A stretch of 64,000 bases of DNA from positions 1 through 64,000 of the IMG/VR virus record IMGVR_UViG_3300031251_000011; one strand, written 5' to 3'. Position numbers and translations under genes: made by a program. Positions within the stretch are counted from its first letter, which is position 1. Every line of letters starts with the position of its first letter. The notes beneath the pieces were generated by a model. That model saw nothing but the letters and a program-made list of their open reading frames with translations, had not been told where the DNA came from and ran no database searches. Shown here piece by piece: positions 53,630 to 61,215 of this stretch. This DNA is from a virus.

Positions 53630-54448
53630 TCAGATGAAACCCGGTATCACCGTGCGCGACGTACACCTACAATTTATCAGCTGCCCAGGGAAGATGCGCT
53701 CGCCGACCGCCGGGTCCAGCCACCCGAGCCTGACGTCGTACAGCTCGCCGTCGTTCTTCACGTGCGTGGGCCGTGGCTTCTTGCCAGCGTGGCTGTGCTT
53801 CCACACCGCCTGCTCCGCGCCGATCTCGAGCTGGCGGGACCTGGTGAACGCGCTCGTGATCTTCGTGTTCTGGTCGAGGCTGATGATCTTCGCGCGGCGC
53901 TTGCTGACCCCGTACGACTGCTCCAGCTTCTTGGACAGGCCGCCCACGTCCATGCCGGTCTGCACCGCGCTGGCGACGTGGACCTGCACATCTTTCAGGT
54001 ACTGCTCCGGGATCGACTTGATGAGCCCGACGTTCTCGGCGACCGCGCTCGCCAGTATCTCGCGCTGCGCGGCCGTCATCTCGAAGTCGATCGAGAAGCC
54101 GGCGTCCTGCAGTATCTTCCTCAGCTGCGCGTCGGACCTCTTGCCCGCGGCCTTTGCGAAGTAGGCCGCCAGGCGCTCGGCGCCCTCGTCGAAGTTGTCG
54201 AGCCAGCGTTTGGTCAGCTCGTCGACAACCTTCTGCGCCCTGGTCTTTGACTTGGCGGCGTCAAGCGCGAGGGAGGCCTGATCCTGCGCCAGCTTCTGCA
54301 TCGCCGGCGGGTCCGCCCTGTACGCCGCGAGCACCCACTTCGTGAACGACGCGTGCATGGCGTCGATCATCGCGTCGAGGCGCCTGCGGTACTTGACCTG
54401 CAGGCCCGCGTTCGGGAAGACGGGGCGGAGGACCTTGGGCTTCTTCAC
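53630..54448 (-). CDS. MuF-like minor head protein (short form)
   Basis: ENVGLIKSIP, RA.II..DQ..K, W.HS....PRPTH, PGQLINCRC. Confidence 0.9.
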   Translation of the reverse strand: MKKPKVLRPVFPNAGLQVKYRRRLDAMIDAMHASFTKWVLAAYRADPPAMQKLAQDQASLALDAAKSKTRAQKVVDELTKRWLDNFDEGAERLAAYFAKAAGKRSDAQLRKILQDAGFSIDFEMTAAQREILASAVAENVGLIKSIPEQYLKDVQVHVASAVQTGMDVGGLSKKLEQSYGVSKRRAKIISLDQNTKITSAFTRSRQLEIGAEQAVWKHSHAGKKPRPTHVKNDGELYDVRLGWLDPAVGERIFPGQLINCRCTSRTVIPGFI

Positions 54449-54864
54449 GTAGCCCTGTGTTTGCTGTGAACGGCGTTATGAACGTCCTTGCCGTTCTTAG
54501 AATGCAGCTCGACGGTCTCCATCTGGTAGGGGCCGGGCGATCGTTCCCATGACGACACGTGCAGACCTCCCATCATCGGGGAGAGCTTATCCATGTATTT
54601 TCCGGAGCCCTGCTGGTACGACGGCTTGAAACCGTTAGCCTTCAAATGTTGCACAATGTTCTCGTGAGGGACTGGCTTCGCCGGCGCGTAGCTCTGGTAC
54701 GCGTTCAGCTCCGGCTTGTAGCCCGAGCCAGGCTTGTGAGCAAGCCCCGCTTTCTTCAGAACGTCCGCGCCACTCCCGAACTGCCCATTCGCGGCGCGCT
54801 TGATCTCAGCGTCCATCGCGAAGTGTCGTGTCCGGTAAGCCAGCTCAGCTTCAAGGTCTGTCAT
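54445..54864 (-). CDS. Small putative head-packaged protein
   Basis: FAMDAEIKRAANGQFGSG leader resembling the ART leader; between portal and MuF; lower GC. Confidence 0.65.
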   Translation of the reverse strand: MTDLEAELAYRTRHFAMDAEIKRAANGQFGSGADVLKKAGLAHKPGSGYKPELNAYQSYAPAKPVPHENIVQHLKANGFKPSYQQGSGKYMDKLSPMMGGLHVSSWERSPGPYQMETVELHSKNGKDVHNAVHSKHRAT

Positions 54865-56636
54865 GGTACAAGCTCCGATGCTGGCCGCGCCCTCGTGCGC
54901 CGGTCGCCCTCGCGCCCCCTGCCATCGCGGCCAGCGCGTCTGTCTCCTCGCGCCTGCAGCCGGTCCTCTTCCCGCTCCTGCTCGCGCTTCTTCAATCTCT
55001 CTTCCCTAGGATCGGCGCGCCCCTCCTCGCCGATGCCGAACATGCCTCCGACGTCGCCGGTGAAGTCCTCCTGGTCGACGCTCTCGGGCACGTCGTCGAC
55101 GTCGAGCCCGCTGTACGGCGAGTTCTTGTCGCCCGCCAGCTTCTCGCGCACCTCGGTCGGGTCCAGGATGCCCGCGCCTACGTAGGCCACGTCGGTGTCG
55201 GCCTCGGTCTTCTTGACGCCGGCCAGCTCCGTCTCGTTCAGGCTCTCCATCGGCACGAACTCGAAGACGATCTCGGTGTCGAGCTTCCCCCACAGGTCGT
55301 ACATGCAGAAGCCCACGACCGCTTCGAGGTGCTCGCGGTAGAACTTGTCCTGGTACGCCGAGACCCACTCGTACCACGTGGTCAGCTCTCCTTCTGAACT
55401 CGCGTTCAGACCGGCGGGCTGCACGCCCAGGAGCTTGACGACCGGCGTTCCCGACACCGAGCACATCTGCTCCTGGGCCTGAGCCTGCAGCTTGTCGAGC
55501 GAGGCCAGCGAGGCCGACACGTTCTTGAAGTCCTCGCTGTCCTTGTTGATGAGCATCAGGCCCTGGTTCGTCTTCAGGTTCGCGAAGAGGGCCGCCCTCC
55601 TGAACAGCGCGTCGCCGCCCTCGGAGCCCAGCGACGCCATGTCCGTGCTTAGCACCATCGTGGAGAAGGTCCAGATGAGGTCGGCCACGGACTGCCGCGT
55701 GCGCAGCCAGTTGTCGATGTAGGGCTTCGCCATCTGCGACATGGAGAGGCCGCCGAACGCGTAGCTAGGCTTCAGCAGGTCCGGGACCTCGCGGCCGATG
55801 AACGTCAGCAGGCGGCTGACGTGCATCTGCTTCCCCTGCACGAACCACTGTTGCGGGTTGTACCAGTCGGGCTTCAGCGGGTCGGTCGCGTTGTAGCCGG
55901 CCGGGTAGGTCCAGACGGGCTCGACCGGCTTCACGGCCTTCAGGAAGCCCGTCTTGCCGCCGAACTTGAACTTGGTCGTCTCGTCGCGGCCGTTGCCGAT
56001 CGGTGTCTTCAGCTCGTCGCGCTCGTCCGTGGCGCCCGTGTCGATGTAGAGGTGCGCCCTGCCCATCAGGCCGTCGATCTCCGTCATCTTCCGGAACACG
56101 CCGCGCACGTTCAGCTGCTTGAGCCTGTTCTCAAGCTGCTTGATCTTCTCCACCTTGGAGTCGGCGTCGGTCGAGGTCGACTTGAACTCGATCCACTGCC
56201 GGGTCATGTCGGTCGCCAGCACCTCGCTGATGCGCCGGTACTCCGGGCGCTGCGCCAATTCGCTGAGGTACGGGTAGCCGAGGAACGTGATGCCGTTGAA
56301 GAAGGCGTTGTTGTAGACCGCCTGCGAGGCCCACACGGCCGCGCTGTCCGAGTCGATGCCCGCGTCCATGGCGATGCGCGAAGCCGTGAGCTTACCCGGC
56401 AGGACGCGGGGCGGGGGCTCGACGATGAAGAACGGCTGCACGAGGTGCCCCTCGCTCTTCAGCCGCGAACGTATCAGCAGGCTGTCGCTGATCTTCGACC
56501 AGGGCTGAGGGGGAGACAGGGGGGCGGCCGCGATCGCCCTGTCGAGCGCCGTGTCCTTGCGCGGCTTGATGACCTCGGGCTTGAACGGCTTGCGCCTCTT
56601 CGCCTTCGTCTTCTTCGGGAGGAGGCTACGCGCCAA
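54861..56636 (-). CDS. Portal protein (DUF1073-like)
   Basis: FLGYPYLSELAQRPEYR, YNATDPL, HVSRLL, Y.FGGLS, WLRTRQSV, KLLG..P.GLNASSEGE. Confidence 0.92.
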   Translation of the reverse strand: MARSLLPKKTKAKRRKPFKPEVIKPRKDTALDRAIAAAPLSPPQPWSKISDSLLIRSRLKSEGHLVQPFFIVEPPPRVLPGKLTASRIAMDAGIDSDSAAVWASQAVYNNAFFNGITFLGYPYLSELAQRPEYRRISEVLATDMTRQWIEFKSTSTDADSKVEKIKQLENRLKQLNVRGVFRKMTEIDGLMGRAHLYIDTGATDERDELKTPIGNGRDETTKFKFGGKTGFLKAVKPVEPVWTYPAGYNATDPLKPDWYNPQQWFVQGKQMHVSRLLTFIGREVPDLLKPSYAFGGLSMSQMAKPYIDNWLRTRQSVADLIWTFSTMVLSTDMASLGSEGGDALFRRAALFANLKTNQGLMLINKDSEDFKNVSASLASLDKLQAQAQEQMCSVSGTPVVKLLGVQPAGLNASSEGELTTWYEWVSAYQDKFYREHLEAVVGFCMYDLWGKLDTEIVFEFVPMESLNETELAGVKKTEADTDVAYVGAGILDPTEVREKLAGDKNSPYSGLDVDDVPESVDQEDFTGDVGGMFGIGEEGRADPREERLKKREQEREEDRLQARGDRRAGRDGRGREGDRRTRARPASELVP

Positions 56637-56880
56637 CTGCCTCGGCCTTCCTCATCCGGGCCAGGCGCCGCTGCGCGATGGTCTTCTTCGTGCTCGGCCC
56701 CGGCTTCACGAGCGACGGCGAGAGCGGGAACTGCGCCAGCATGATGGTCGCCGCGGCCTTCGGGCCGCTCAGCTTCGAGACGTCGACAACGCGGCTCGCG
56801 ATCAACCTGGCGAGCGAGCCCGGGCGCGTGGCCGTGTTGATGACGAGGGCCTTCTCCGCTTCCATCAGAGCCTCTTTCAT
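56626..56880 (-). CDS. Small basic hypothetical protein
   Basis: MKEALMEAEK...; overlaps portal start. Confidence 0.55.
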   Translation of the reverse strand: MKEALMEAEKALVINTATRPGSLARLIASRVVDVSKLSGPKAAATIMLAQFPLSPSLVKPGPSTKKTIAQRRLARMRKAEAVGA

Positions 56881-56978
56881 CGGTCCGCCGCCGGCGCGCC
56901 GTAGCGGACCTGGCAGCCGATCGCCGACCGCAGCAGGTTCCACGCCAGCTTCGCCACTCTGATCTGCTTATCGCTCAT
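56877..56978 (-). CDS. Very small hypothetical protein (not in ORF track)
   Basis: MSDKQIRVAKLAWNLLRSAIGCQVRYGAPAADR*; GGAGAG upstream; ATGA overlap. Confidence 0.45.
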   Translation of the reverse strand: MSDKQIRVAKLAWNLLRSAIGCQVRYGAPAADR

Positions 56979-56994
56979 GCTGCTCTCCACCGCG

Positions 56995-57228
56995 TTACAG
57001 GTCAGCGCTCATGAACACGTCCCTCACGCTGAGAGGCCGGTTGCGCAGCTTCCCGCGCAGGCCCAGGCTGCGTGGGCGATGAGCACGCGGCTGCTTCTCT
57101 GTTCTGGGCCACGCGCCCAAGAACATGCCGGCCACGTTCTCCATGGCCTGGCGCTCGTCGACCGTGTACTTCCACTTCTGAGCGCGCGCCGCCAGCTTCG
57201 CGCCGCAGCGGAGCAGCGTGTCGTTCAC
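56995..57228 (-). CDS. Small basic hypothetical protein
   Basis: AGGAGG RBS; GTGA overlap. Confidence 0.55.
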   Translation of the reverse strand: MNDTLLRCGAKLAARAQKWKYTVDERQAMENVAGMFLGAWPRTEKQPRAHRPRSLGLRGKLRNRPLSVRDVFMSADL

Positions 57229-57419
57229 GCCGCCCTCCTGAACAAATCACGCACCGTCAGCCTGCGTTCCCGCATCGGCTTCTCGCGACGCTGGCTCGGG
57301 TAGAAGCGCCACTCGTCAGACAGGGCCGGGCGCTCAACCGTCATCATGGCCTGCACGAACCAGGCGAATTTGCAGAACGCGCGCATGGCCGGATCGATCC
57401 GCCGCTTATTAGGCTGCAC
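57225..57419 (-). CDS. Small basic hypothetical protein
   Basis: Overlaps TerL stop and next gene start. Confidence 0.5.
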   Translation of the reverse strand: MQPNKRRIDPAMRAFCKFAWFVQAMMTVERPALSDEWRFYPSQRREKPMRERRLTVRDLFRRAA

Positions 57420-59043
57420 GTCTTCCGCCCACCAGCATGGCGCTCTTCATCAGCAGCTCGTCGCTGATCTGCAGGCCTCGCTGCGCCCTCGCCATCCGGA
57501 TCATCACCGCGTCGGCGAGGTTCGGCGACCTGGCGCCCTCGGGCGTCTTGTCAACGACGATCTTGCCGGAGGTGTTCAGCTCGTAGGTCGGCTGCGAAAG
57601 CTCCAGCAGCAGCTTCGGCCGCAGCTTCATGCCGCCGTCGATGAAGATCATCTCGTCGGCCTTGTAGATCGCGTCCTTCGTGACCGCGCGCCACGTCTTG
57701 TAGAACCTGGTGCGAAGCTCCCACCACGCCTGCGCCTTGCGGTTCGCGAAGTAGTCCTCGTTCTTGCGGCCCTTGACGTCCTCGCGCTCCGGGTCCAGCA
57801 CCGCCGCGCTCCCGCGGAAGGCCTCGAAGACGATGGGCGGCCGCGGGTGGCGCTTCTCGTTCGCCACGCGCGCGTCGCCTCTGGCGCCTGCGCCCAGCCC
57901 GTCGGCGTCGTACCTGATCTTCTTGACCCCGGCCGCGTCGGCGAGGTCGATCGCCTTCAGCACCGTGTCGTAGATGTCGCTCCCCTTGCCCGACCACTCG
58001 ACCAGGTCCTCGACCAGGGGTCCGATGCCGCAGCACCAGGCGTTGCCGTCCTTGCCCTCGTCGGCGATGTCCAGCGATCCGAACCGCTCGCCCGTCGCGC
58101 TCATCTTCAGCTTCTTGTTCGCGTCCACCGCGGCCTGCACCCACGCGCTCGGGATCAGAGCGCCCTGCGTGCTCGCCTGGTAGTCGATGTCTATCTCCTG
58201 GGCGACGATGACCGGGTCGAGGTCCTCGTTCTGCCGCGCGTACCAGGCGTCGTCCTTGCGCGGGTCGTCGCGCCAGTGGAAGGTGAAGACCTTGATCTTG
58301 CCGCCGTGGCGCTTGATCGCGAACGTGTTGCCCATGCCGTTGACCGACGAGACGTCGAGCCGGCAGTTGGTGGTCTGCGAGAGCGCCGCGTCGACCTGCT
58401 CGGGATGCTCCAGGTAGGCCGACTCGTCCACGAGGTAGATGGCCGTGCGGTCTCCTCGGCCGATGTTGTCGCCGGCCTCGCCGGTCATCGTGGCGCCGCT
58501 CTCCGGGAACGACAGCCGCATGTGCGGCGAGTTCTTCTTCCTGTCCCAGCCGCCTCTGAACTCGACCGGCAGGTTCTCCATGAACACGCGGGCCTTGTAG
58601 AAGAGCGACTTCGGGTCGCCGAGCCTGTCGACGTAGTCTTCCTTGCGAGAGCCGAAGCCGATGGCCATGCCTTCGTAATGCAAACACAAAGAGCACGCGG
58701 TAGACGTCATCAGCCAGCTCAGCCCCATGTCGCGCGACTTCTCGGTGATGCCCGGGCGCTGGCTCTTCCAGCGGTCAACCAGGAACTCCACCCACTCGCG
58801 CTGCTTGGGGAACAGCTTGAACGGTATCAGAGCCGGCCTGCCCAGCTCGATGTTGCGCGGGTCGAAGGTCCAGCCCCAATCGTCGATGAACTGCGCAGGG
58901 TTGTCGCGGTAGTAGAGCTTCAGCAGCCTGACGTCGATCTCGCCGCGCCTGATCCGTTCCAGCCGCTTCCCGCGCTCCACGATCACGCTGACGTAGTCAG
59001 GGGCCTTAAAGTCGAACGGCGTGGCCGCGGCAGGCTTAGCCAT
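57409..59043 (-). CDS. terL: Terminase large subunit
   Basis: LFPKQ, EKSRDMGLSW (Walker A), YLVDESA (Walker B), LDIADEGKD, YDADGLG, SPNLADA. Confidence 0.95.
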   Translation of the reverse strand: MAKPAAATPFDFKAPDYVSVIVERGKRLERIRRGEIDVRLLKLYYRDNPAQFIDDWGWTFDPRNIELGRPALIPFKLFPKQREWVEFLVDRWKSQRPGITEKSRDMGLSWLMTSTACSLCLHYEGMAIGFGSRKEDYVDRLGDPKSLFYKARVFMENLPVEFRGGWDRKKNSPHMRLSFPESGATMTGEAGDNIGRGDRTAIYLVDESAYLEHPEQVDAALSQTTNCRLDVSSVNGMGNTFAIKRHGGKIKVFTFHWRDDPRKDDAWYARQNEDLDPVIVAQEIDIDYQASTQGALIPSAWVQAAVDANKKLKMSATGERFGSLDIADEGKDGNAWCCGIGPLVEDLVEWSGKGSDIYDTVLKAIDLADAAGVKKIRYDADGLGAGARGDARVANEKRHPRPPIVFEAFRGSAAVLDPEREDVKGRKNEDYFANRKAQAWWELRTRFYKTWRAVTKDAIYKADEMIFIDGGMKLRPKLLLELSQPTYELNTSGKIVVDKTPEGARSPNLADAVMIRMARAQRGLQISDELLMKSAMLVGGRRAA

Positions 59044-59650
59044 TGCCGCCGAGCAGCTTCTGGTACTCGCCGACGGCCTGCTGCGGTGTCATGTTCAACG
59101 TGTTGTTGTGCTGCGAGAAGCTGAAGTTGTTGATGACCGTGCTACCGTCACCGGGCTGAAGGTTCTTTGCGTTCGGTGCCAGGTAACGCAGCAGCGTGGT
59201 CAGAGCGCCGAGCTTGTCGTGTAGTTTGAACTTGGTGCGCTTAACCGCTCGCGCGTCATCTCCGCGGCCTTCCGTGTACTCTTCAGTTATCAGCTCGCTG
59301 ACCGCTGCGAGCTGCTCACGAGTAGCTGTGCTGAAATCGATATACCGTTCCCCGCTGCCGTTGAGCGAGGTGTAGTCAGCCAGGTTACTGAACCCCAGCT
59401 TTCCGATCTCGGCCACTACATCATCGAGCACGATCCTGGTGCGTTGCCGCAGCAGCTCAAGCTCTTCCCCCAGGATTTTTTCCACGTTGGGGTTTCTGAG
59501 GAGCTTCGACGCTTCCGACGCTGCGGAGGCAGGGGGGAGGCCAGTAGCTATCGCCGCCTGTGTGGCATTGAATTTCATCGCAAGATAGTTCATCGCGAAC
59601 ATCCGCTCGCGCTCAGCCTTCCGATACTGAGTTTTCTTAGGCGCCGGCAT
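59036..59650 (-). CDS. terS: Terminase small subunit
   Basis: F..NYL...NATQAAI..G....A...ASKLL.NPNV; KLHDKLGAL. Confidence 0.92.
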   Translation of the reverse strand: MPAPKKTQYRKAERERMFAMNYLAMKFNATQAAIATGLPPASAASEASKLLRNPNVEKILGEELELLRQRTRIVLDDVVAEIGKLGFSNLADYTSLNGSGERYIDFSTATREQLAAVSELITEEYTEGRGDDARAVKRTKFKLHDKLGALTTLLRYLAPNAKNLQPGDGSTVINNFSFSQHNNTLNMTPQQAVGEYQKLLGGNG

Positions 59651-59652
59651 TG

Positions 59653-60171
59653 TCAGACCAGCTCCAGCGCCCGCTTGGACACCTTCATCTCGCGCTCGGA
59701 GCCGAACAGGCTCAGCAGGACCTTGACGCGGTCGCCCTTCGACCAGGTCACGGGTCCGGTGTGTCCTGCGAAAGGTCCCTCGGTCAATTTCACTCTGGCT
59801 CCGACGGGGGTGACGATCAGACGTTTCAGCGTCCTGTCGATCGACGCGGCCTCGACCGTCGATCCTCTGCAGAGCATCAGGAGTTCTTCGACCACGCCGT
59901 CCCGCACCCTGGCCGGTGAGTCGGGAGACGACAGCATGAGCTGTTTCACGCCTCGGGTCCCGTTGATCGAGCGCCACTGCGTGAGGGCGCGGTCGAAGTT
60001 GATGAAGATGTAGCCGGGGAAGTACGCGTACTCCGTCGTAACCTTGCGGCCGCGGGTCACTCTCGTGAACTCGTAGCGCGGGGCGAAGGGCTCGAAGCCC
60101 TGGCGCACGAGGTGCTCCTCAGCGGTCAGCTCCATGAAAGGCTGAACGGTCGCGACGTGCCAGGCGTGCAA
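59653..60171 (-). CDS. nusG: NusG/RfaH-family transcription antiterminator
   Basis: NGN: WHV...HL..QGF..F.P, FPGYIFI, INGTRGV; KOW: GARVKLTEGPFAGHTG...RVKVLLSLFG; TTG start. Confidence 0.93.
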   Translation of the reverse strand: MHAWHVATVQPFMELTAEEHLVRQGFEPFAPRYEFTRVTRGRKVTTEYAYFPGYIFINFDRALTQWRSINGTRGVKQLMLSSPDSPARVRDGVVEELLMLCRGSTVEAASIDRTLKRLIVTPVGARVKLTEGPFAGHTGPVTWSKGDRVKVLLSLFGSEREMKVSKRALELV

Positions 60172-60194
60172 GCTGTTGATCCCCCGTTCAAGTT

Positions 60195-60202
60195 GCTACC
60201 GC
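60195..60202 (-). promoter_or_regulatory. ops-like element (GCGGTAGC)
   Basis: 8-nt match to the core of the RfaH ops site on the non-template strand, 23 nt upstream of the NusG paralogue start. Confidence 0.4.
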
Positions 60203-60370
60203 ACCCGTGGAGCTTTCGCAACCGGGTTAGCACGTCGGAAGAGCCCGCTAAGTACCAAGCCCTCGCCCGGGTGTCTACAGCTTTGCTAGACCTCGGCGGT
60301 GCGGGGGAGACAGGGGGAGCGTCGCGATCGCGCTGCACCGTGACCGGCAATCGGTATTGCCTATATAGAT

Positions 60371-60454
60371 GCTATACTTGGTAAAATCTAAGGTAACTGT
60401 TTATAAACTGTATACAACAGATAAAGAGTTACACTAGATTTTACCAAGCCTAGC
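60371..60454. repeat. AT-rich long imperfect inverted repeat in the divergent intergenic region
   Basis: CTTGGTAAAATCTA (60377-60390) / TAGATTTTACCAAG (60435-60448), inner GTAACT/AGTTAC, and palindromes GTTTATAAAC and TGTATACA. Confidence 0.85.
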
Positions 60455-60497
60455 CTCTTATAGGGGATACGCCCCACAACGATGGAGGTCTTTCACG

Positions 60498-61046
60498 ATG
60501 AGCAGACAGCCGCACCACTCGAAGAACTACGGCGGCATCCGCCTGGGATCGGGCCGCAAGGGCGCCGACATGTACCCCCCTGCCGACGGCGACGAGCTGG
60601 AGCTGTACCCGCGGCGCTCCTTCACCGTGGAGGGCGGCCCCGTCTACCTGGAAGAGGGCGACGGCATCGCGTACGAGAACGCGCAGCGCGTCGCGGTCCT
60701 CCTCAAGAAGATGGGGCTGTCGCCCGTGTTCTCCGTCGTGGCGCCCGACGGCGTGGAGAAGCGCAAGGTGCCGCACAAACGCGTCGAGGCTCCCGTGGTC
60801 CGGGACATCCTGTACGACAGAGGCCCCGAGGGTTTCACTATCCCGGAGCTTGCGCGCGCGCTCTTCAAGCCCGGTGACGAGCTGTGGAGCCCGATGGACC
60901 AGAAGGCCGGCGAGAACAAGGCCCACATGTGGATGGCCAAGCTGCGCCGCGAGGGCGTCGCCACGCGCTTCTACCGCCACTCCGACGGCAAGGCGATCTA
61001 CATTCATGTTCAGCGGGCCGCCGCTCTTCAACCCGCTGACAAATAA
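60498..61046 (+). CDS. Hypothetical protein with possible C-terminal winged HTH
   Basis: GGAGGT RBS; GG.R.GSGRK motif; FTIPELARAL...MAKLRREG. Confidence 0.7.
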   Translation: MSRQPHHSKNYGGIRLGSGRKGADMYPPADGDELELYPRRSFTVEGGPVYLEEGDGIAYENAQRVAVLLKKMGLSPVFSVVAPDGVEKRKVPHKRVEAPVVRDILYDRGPEGFTIPELARALFKPGDELWSPMDQKAGENKAHMWMAKLRREGVATRFYRHSDGKAIYIHVQRAAALQPADK

Positions 61047-61215
61047 CCCTTTACCTCAAAAGCCAAGGGGGTTTAGTAGGGGTGTTCCCGAGGAGAGGGC
61101 GTTAAACCTCTCTCCTCTCCTGCTTAGAGCCAGAAGAGAGACGGGAACATATGAGCTACCCAAGCGGCCCGACTTCGAGCGACCTGTGGTAGGCGTCCTC
61201 CGCGGCTCCACCGCC

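Noticed and set aside
53630-54448. MuF-fused toxin
   Set aside because: MuF ends right after NCRC; it is the short form with no toxin domain.
54861-56636. Anti-CBASS Acb1 nuclease fused to portal
   Set aside because: No pair of HxT/S phosphoesterase motifs seen; the C-terminal extension is simply charged and low-complexity.
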